The notes under the pieces were generated by a model. It was not told where the DNA came from and searched no databases. It saw nothing but the letters and a program-made list of their open reading frames with translations. Both the position numbers and the translations under genes were made by a program. Below, one piece after another: positions 37,099 to 42,094 of a stretch of DNA of 42,094 nucleotides. Origin of the DNA: an uncultured virus (IMG/VR IMGVR_UViG_2648501187_000001) (taxonomy: Duplodnaviria; Heunggongvirae; Uroviricota; Caudoviricetes); IMG/VR virus record IMGVR_UViG_2648501187_000001; one strand, written 5' to 3'. Positions within the stretch are counted from its first letter, which is position 1; every line of letters starts with the position of its first letter.

Positions 37099-38136
37099 AT
37101 GTCAGACGATAACCTTGCATGCACTCCCGCACAATGGGAGCGGATCATCAGCCGATACGCCGACCCGGCCCGGTCGAACTCGCCGGCGGGCCGGATCGCC
37201 GCCCTGCTGCGCGACGACGCGCGCGCCTCCGACCTGGTGCGCGAATGGGTCGAGGACCAGGCCATGCGATGCATGGCGAAGGGGCAGACGGTCACGCCCA
37301 CGCTGCTGACCATGATCTGCAAACGGTGCAGCAAGGAGGCGATCCTCCACAGGGAGCTGGGCGTGAGCGTCAAACTGCTGCGCGCCGGCGCCGCCTATGA
37401 GAAACGTCTCGCCGCATACCGTAACGATCATGCGTCGGGGCGTCCCCCGCGCGCCGTCAGGGAACGCCTGTGGGACGAGGCGGTGGACGCGCATATCCAT
37501 GGTCAGATGGAGCGCGGCGTGAGCAGCATGGTGTTCCTGCCCTACCATGACGGGCGCAACTCGCGTCCGGGCTCGTCGAACCTGCTCGCATGCGGCGGCC
37601 TGCCGGAATGGGAGGCGCTGTTCGGGTCGAAGCGGCGTCGTTTCGCCCCGTTGGAGGATGTGGACGAGGATCATGATCCGGCGCTCATGGACCATACGGG
37701 CGGCATGCCGTTCGAGGTGACCGCGGAATGGCTCGAACGGCATGGGATCACGCCCGCCATGCTGAACCGTCTGACCGACACGGAGCTGGCCGTATTGGGC
37801 GTGGACGTCAGGTCCGCGCGCCTCGAATCCGCGGGCGGCGTCCTGGACGGGGTGGCGGGCCGCCTCGACCTCATATTGGACGATCCGCGGGCGAGCCAGG
37901 CCCTGGCGGCCGGCCGGCCGATGCTGGGGGCCGTGGAGATCCTCCACTCGCTGGGCATGGATGTGGGCATGATCCGGGCGGGCATGCGGCTCGGCCGCTG
38001 GTCGCGGGCCGGGGACGTGCACGATCCGGGCATGCTGCGCGCCGCATGGGACCGGATCCCGGGCCGTGGGGGCACGTACGACGAGTATCTGCGCGCCGTG
38101 TCCGACATTCTCGACAAGGCCCACGCCCTCGCATAG
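37099..38136 (+). CDS. Hypothetical helical protein, possibly a divergent sigma-70-like factor
   Basis: 345 aa; weak similarity to sigma regions 2-3 (WERIISRY...ASDLV; GRPP). Confidence 0.4.
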   Translation: MSDDNLACTPAQWERIISRYADPARSNSPAGRIAALLRDDARASDLVREWVEDQAMRCMAKGQTVTPTLLTMICKRCSKEAILHRELGVSVKLLRAGAAYEKRLAAYRNDHASGRPPRAVRERLWDEAVDAHIHGQMERGVSSMVFLPYHDGRNSRPGSSNLLACGGLPEWEALFGSKRRRFAPLEDVDEDHDPALMDHTGGMPFEVTAEWLERHGITPAMLNRLTDTELAVLGVDVRSARLESAGGVLDGVAGRLDLILDDPRASQALAAGRPMLGAVEILHSLGMDVGMIRAGMRLGRWSRAGDVHDPGMLRAAWDRIPGRGGTYDEYLRAVSDILDKAHALA

Positions 38137-38179
38137 CGAGGCGATGAACGTTGTTTTCCCGAGGGAAAGGAGACCGGTC

Positions 38180-38692
38180 ATGACCGTTGACGCGCATGGG
38201 AGAAGCCACAGGCCGTCCGGACTGCCCCAGGGGTATGCGGGCACGTATGACGGGGGCACGGGCGCGTCCGGGGGCATGGACGTGACGCCGCCCTCCTCCT
38301 ATTACGACGGGCGCATGGGCGAGGCGGAACGCGCCGACCGGCCGGCCCCGATCCGAAACTCCATCCGGCCGAAACCCTCGCATGCAGGACAATTGCGCCG
38401 TCTTCTGGGCGACGATCCGGTCGAGGGAAGCGTTTCGAGCGTCGCCGGATCGTACCCGGGCCCGAACGCGCGCCTGTACGCCGACTTCGTGCGTCATCCG
38501 CGCCGCCGCACCTACACGCTGGAGGGCGAGACCATGACCCGCTCCCAGGCCCGCGACTACGCGCGCGGCATGCTCGTCGAATCGGCGCGCAACGATGCCG
38601 GGGCGTGGGGCGACGGGTATGATCCGGACGCCATGGCCGAACAGGCAGGCGACTGGTTCGACAGGACATATCCCATGCCGAAACGACGTTGA
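38180..38692 (+). CDS. Leader-family protein 9
   Basis: AAGGAGA RBS; MTVDAHGRSHRPSGLPQGYAGTYD...DVTPP. Confidence 0.8.
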   Translation: MTVDAHGRSHRPSGLPQGYAGTYDGGTGASGGMDVTPPSSYYDGRMGEAERADRPAPIRNSIRPKPSHAGQLRRLLGDDPVEGSVSSVAGSYPGPNARLYADFVRHPRRRTYTLEGETMTRSQARDYARGMLVESARNDAGAWGDGYDPDAMAEQAGDWFDRTYPMPKRR

Positions 38693-38732
38693 CGGAGATC
38701 TATGACGGAGGGAAACGGTATCATGGGCGACC

Positions 38733-39686
38733 GTGACCGCATTCATACTGATCTTTGCCCTGCTGTTCCTTCTCGGCATGATCGCCCTGCCGTTCATCCC
38801 CGTCATCGCGATCATCCTCCAGCGTCGGCATAACAGGAAACGCGCGCAAGGAGGCGTGTTCGTCTCGCATCGGAGCGAATACGCGAACATGGAGCCTTCG
38901 CCCGCGGATGTGGCGCACGTCGCCGCACGATACGGGATAATGCCCGATGCGCGTGGATGGATGGGATGGCGGTGCGTGACGCATGATGCGGGCGGCATGG
39001 GGGACAACATTCGCGGGGTCGCCGCGACCGTGGATCTGAACGGCTTGGCGGCATGTGGGCTTGTGCGCGGCGTGCCCGGCTCGGGTCTGGAAGATTCCTC
39101 GTTCACCGCGGATCAGATAGGCGCGGGCATATGGGGGGAAAGCCTGCTGGCCCGCGCGATCATGGCCGGCCGGCCGCGAGTCTTGTCGTGGTGGAGCCTG
39201 TACGGTTTCGACGAATGCCTGCGCCTGTCGGACAGTGACATCGACTGCGTGCTGGTCGGGATTCGTCCCGACGGCAGGCCTGTCGCATGGTTTGTCGACG
39301 CGAAACGGTACAAGGGCGGTTCGGATACGAGCTATGTGAATGTGGATGCGTGGCATCTGGCGCGCGTCAGCCGGGCGAGACGCGCGTTCGTGCTTGACTC
39401 CGCGGGCCGCGCGTGGACATCGATGAGCCCGAACATGTGGGAGCAGCGGGAACGGTGGCAGGGTCTGCTGGCCCGATACGGTGTCGTATCGTATTGGGTG
39501 GTGTGCGTGACCCCGCCGGGCGGGCATGGGACCCCCGATATGACCACTGCCGTATGGCCGGGTGGCGTGACCTGCATGGACATACCATCGCTTCGCGCGA
39601 TGGTCGATTCCGTGTGTGTTCCGGACATGTTCGCCGCGATCCCGCCCGGACTGGTCTCCCTGCTTGATTCGCATATCAAATATTAA
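38733..39686 (+). CDS. Membrane-anchored NERD-domain nuclease
   Basis: N-terminal TM; GIWGE..., DIDCVLVG, VDAKRYKG. Confidence 0.75.
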   Translation: MTAFILIFALLFLLGMIALPFIPVIAIILQRRHNRKRAQGGVFVSHRSEYANMEPSPADVAHVAARYGIMPDARGWMGWRCVTHDAGGMGDNIRGVAATVDLNGLAACGLVRGVPGSGLEDSSFTADQIGAGIWGESLLARAIMAGRPRVLSWWSLYGFDECLRLSDSDIDCVLVGIRPDGRPVAWFVDAKRYKGGSDTSYVNVDAWHLARVSRARRAFVLDSAGRAWTSMSPNMWEQRERWQGLLARYGVVSYWVVCVTPPGGHGTPDMTTAVWPGGVTCMDIPSLRAMVDSVCVPDMFAAIPPGLVSLLDSHIKY

Positions 39687-41070
39687 CGCCCGCCGTCTCT
39701 CCTTCCAATGCGTCCATGACCGCCTCGTGCAGCATCATGCGGCCGGTCAATACGTCGAGCTTGCGACGGTCCACAGTGTTCGACTCCAATAACCGGTGGA
39801 CGCGCACCGTCCTTTTCTGCCCCTGACGGTGTAATCGGTCGCATGCCTGACGGTAGTCGTCGAACGACCAGGGCAGGCTGGTCCACACGATCTCGTGTCC
39901 CCCGTCCTGGATGTTCAGCCCGTATTTCGCGGCCTGCGGGTGGGCGGCAAGCAGCGGGACGCGGCTGTTGCGCCATTCCTCCAGCACGCCTTGCTCATGC
40001 ACCTCGCGCATGCCCGGGAAGCGTGCGCGCATGCGCTCCAATTCGTCGGTGAACTGGTAGAACACGAGCACCGGGCCGTCCGCCGCTGATATGATGTCCG
40101 CCAACGCGTCGAGCTTCACGTCGTCCACGTGCCGGATCGTGCCTTCCGGATCATCCGCGTCCGGGTACAGGCATCCGCACGTCAGTTGGGCGAGCTTCGC
40201 GGTGAGCACGCCCGCGTTGGCGACGGTCACGGTCGTCCCGTCATCCAGGTCGGCGACCATTTCGCGGCGCAGCCGGTCGTACGTGTCCCGGGTCGGTTTC
40301 GGCATGTCGAGCCAATGGTCGGTCTCGATCATGGACGGGAGCCCGGGCAGCCTGTCGGACGCCTTCATGCTCAGGCAGAACGGTTCGATGAGGTCGAGGA
40401 TCTCCCGTTGGGCGCCGTCGCGGGGCGTGTAGTCGATGGGCTGCAGACGGCCGCCCATGTCGATGTACCGGGTGGGCGTGAACCAGCGTTCCCGGTAGCG
40501 GGTCATCGACCGTTCCAACGTTTCGGACCGGTCGATGACCGCGATTTCGCCCCACAGGTCCAATAGGTTTTTGGTGGCGGGCGTGCCGGTCAGTCCGAGC
40601 GTCCAACGGGCCTTCCTCGCATGACGGCGCAGGATGAGTCCCCGGTTGCTTCTCGGCGTCTTGTAGCCGGACAGCTCGTCGACGACGATCCCCTTCCACG
40701 GCCAGTCCCCCACCTTGTCGTCCAGCCATTTCAGGTTGTCCTGCCCGATGACGGTCACGTCCGCGCCGGCGTCCAGCGCCTTCGACCGTTGCCGCGGCGT
40801 GCCGACGGCGACCGCCCAGGTCAGGGAGTGCATGCCCTTCCAGCGTTCGAGCTCGTCGGGCCACGAGTTGCGGGCCACCAGTGCGGGCGCTATGACGAGG
40901 AACCGGGCGTGCGGGTCGGCCGCGTGCATGATGTCCATGACCGCGATGCTGGTCAGCGTCTTGCCGAGCCCGGGTTCGAGGAACAGGCCGCATCCGCGGG
41001 ACGGGGAGGCGAACGCCTTCAGGGCGAAGCGGACGGCCTGCCGCTGGTAGTCGTGCAATGGGGTTTCCAT
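39676..41070 (-). CDS. Phage-type SNF2-family helicase
   Basis: LHDYQ, PGLGKT, VDELS, LTGTP, GLNIQ, RLHRQGQ. Confidence 0.9.
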   Translation of the reverse strand: METPLHDYQRQAVRFALKAFASPSRGCGLFLEPGLGKTLTSIAVMDIMHAADPHARFLVIAPALVARNSWPDELERWKGMHSLTWAVAVGTPRQRSKALDAGADVTVIGQDNLKWLDDKVGDWPWKGIVVDELSGYKTPRSNRGLILRRHARKARWTLGLTGTPATKNLLDLWGEIAVIDRSETLERSMTRYRERWFTPTRYIDMGGRLQPIDYTPRDGAQREILDLIEPFCLSMKASDRLPGLPSMIETDHWLDMPKPTRDTYDRLRREMVADLDDGTTVTVANAGVLTAKLAQLTCGCLYPDADDPEGTIRHVDDVKLDALADIISAADGPVLVFYQFTDELERMRARFPGMREVHEQGVLEEWRNSRVPLLAAHPQAAKYGLNIQDGGHEIVWTSLPWSFDDYRQACDRLHRQGQKRTVRVHRLLESNTVDRRKLDVLTGRMMLHEAVMDALEGETAGVNI

Positions 41071-41143
41071 GCACGCGCGTATGCGTCAGAGCCGGGACGC
41101 ATATGACGGGTTCGGTGGAGGACGTCCGGAAAGGGGTTCCGTC

Positions 41144-41392
41144 ATGTTTGATTCCGTCGTGGCCTGGTATGGTGCGCTGCCCGTTGGGGCGAGGGGCGCG
41201 GTCACTCTTGCCGTGGGCCTGCTCGTCGCCTGGATCGCGTTCAGGGTGGCGGTCAGGCTGGTGAAGGGCCTGGTCCGTTCGATCGTGGCGGCCGTGCTCG
41301 CGTTCCTGCTGGCGACCGTGCCGGGCAATCTCATCCTGCACGACGCGTACGCGCAGCTGAGGGAGAAGGCGTCCATGTCGGCCGTCATGTGA
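41144..41392 (+). CDS. Small membrane protein
   Basis: AAGGGG RBS; two TMs. Confidence 0.65.
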   Translation: MFDSVVAWYGALPVGARGAVTLAVGLLVAWIAFRVAVRLVKGLVRSIVAAVLAFLLATVPGNLILHDAYAQLREKASMSAVM

Positions 41393-41494
41393 CACATGGC
41401 ATCCGTCCGCCTCCGGACGCGGGTCCCGGACGTCCTTTGCGGGAAACGCATATCCATGGGTGTCCATCGTATTTCCCGTCGTAAGGAGCCTGAC

Positions 41495-41689
41495 ATGGCC
41501 GACAAGCCGTTCGTCCCCGTCGAGCATCGTCTCGCGCTGACCGTCCCCGAGGCGGCGGCCCTGTGCGGCATCCCGGAGAAGGTGGTGCGCGCCGCGGTCG
41601 TGCACGGCGATCTGAGGCATTTCGAGAAGGGGTCCACGACCGCCAGGATCCGCAGGACGGATCTGGAGGACTGGGTGGCCTTGCTGTGA
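41495..41689 (+). CDS. xis: Excisionase / MerR-like HTH recombination directionality factor
   Basis: AAGGAG RBS; ALTVPEAAALCGI...RIRRTDLEDW; next to the element end. Confidence 0.75.
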   Translation: MADKPFVPVEHRLALTVPEAAALCGIPEKVVRAAVVHGDLRHFEKGSTTARIRRTDLEDWVALL

Positions 41690-41702
41690 GCCCGACACGG
41701 GA

Positions 41703-41721
41703 TAGGCACACTTAGGCACAC
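41703..41721 (+). repeat. Direct repeat TAGGCACAC x2 (arm-type integrase site candidate)
   Basis: 41703-41711 and 41713-41721, about 55 bp from the dif-like core. Confidence 0.55.
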
Positions 41722-41774
41722 ATGCCGTGTATGATGTTCTTCAGATGCGCGTGATTCCGCCATTCCGTGGTGCC

Positions 41775-41802
41775 GGCTGGCTTAATGTACGTTATGTCAG
41801 AT
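41775..41802 (+). other. dif-like XerC/D recombination site; probable att junction of the element
   Basis: GGCTGGCTTAA-TGTACG-TTATGTCAGAT versus E. coli dif GGTGCGCATAA-TGTATA-TTATGTTAAAT. Confidence 0.7.
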
Positions 41803-41839
41803 TAGTTATCCTTGACAAGGATTCGGTCGCCTGTATCAA

Positions 41840-42094
41840 CTAGTCCACGCATACCAAGGCCGACAGCCAAAGGAGCACCGGAGCATACCAGGCCAACAGC
41901 CAAAGGAGCACCGGAGCGACCACCGCAATTGCAAGAATCGCCGTGCCTTTCAGCCAATCCTTGTCATCTCGTTTCCAGTGGAATGCTCGCCAAATGAACC
42001 ATATCAGCATGGGAATCTCATACAGCGACAGCAATGGCAAACCGATGAAAACCAGGTCGAAGCCCGCGGCGCAGGCTCCATCGCATCCCATCAT
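41840..42094 (-). CDS. Membrane protein 3' end (flanking DNA) with a 33-bp tandem duplication
   Basis: Hydrophobic ORF, lower GC, APVLLWL repeated twice. Confidence 0.5.
   Translation of the reverse strand: MMGCDGACAAGFDLVFIGLPLLSLYEIPMLIWFIWRAFHWKRDDKDWLKGTAILAIAVVAPVLLWLLAWYAPVLLWLSALVCVD

Larger units (their letters stand above)
1..41802. mobile_element. Right-hand part of a large actinobacterial ICE / conjugative genomic island (left end outside the window)
   Basis: Conjugation-type membrane genes, CHAP/NlpC hydrolases, FtsK-like ATPase, sortase-anchored adhesin, excisionase, arm-type repeats and a terminal dif-like site; no housekeeping genes. Confidence 0.8.

Noticed and set aside
41849..41916. 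33-bp tandem repeat near the window end as an att or iteron element
   Set aside because: In-frame duplication inside a membrane-protein ORF beyond the dif-like site
1..42094. Many long overlapping ORFs in the track (e.g. 1-825, 1910-3304, 5035-6339, 15241-17358, 26244-28250, 29772-31583, 33478-35565, 33596-35572, 40241-41719)
   Set aside because: Arg/Pro/Gly-rich shadow frames of high-GC genes, with no RBS or recognisable motifs
1..42094. Prophage, tRNA or rRNA genes
   Set aside because: No terminase, capsid, tail or structural RNA signatures recognised

Overview
High-GC actinobacterial (Bifidobacterium-like) sequence. About 41.8 kb appears to be the right-hand part of a large integrative conjugative element (ICE) or genomic island. 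It ends at a dif-like (XerC/D-type) site at 41775-41802, just after an excisionase gene and a pair of arm-type repeats. Backbone: Gram-positive mating-pair genes (VirB2/VirB3/VirB6-like membrane proteins, TcpC-like protein, CHAP and NlpC/P60 hydrolases), an FtsK/TcpA-like ATPase carrying a class-3-type LAGLIDADG intein in its Walker A motif, a sortase-anchored adhesin, SF2 and SNF2 helicases, VRR-NUC, NERD, HNH and RusA-like nucleases, an orphan EcoRI-family adenine methyltransferase and a candidate iteron/inverted-repeat origin. Insertions: an intact IS1341-type tnpB element, an orphan IS200/IS605 right end and a GT-skewed island with two BI-1/YccA-like membrane proteins. Two element-wide patterns stand out. 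(1) Nine otherwise unrelated genes, plus one truncated copy, share a ~36-aa N-terminal leader (MTxDxNNRSHxPxGxPxGx(1-3)(Y/F)(E/D)...DDVxPP) fused to cargo such as Fic, LPD28-like and HEAT/LRV-like domains; this is a candidate export tag for a set of conjugation-delivered effectors. (2) A non-canonical (GG)ACGCATA box sits 9-10 nt before the start codon of 15 ORFs, suggesting a private leaderless-promoter regulon, possibly read by an element-encoded sigma-like factor (37099-38136). All product calls come from motif recognition by eye; no database search was run.
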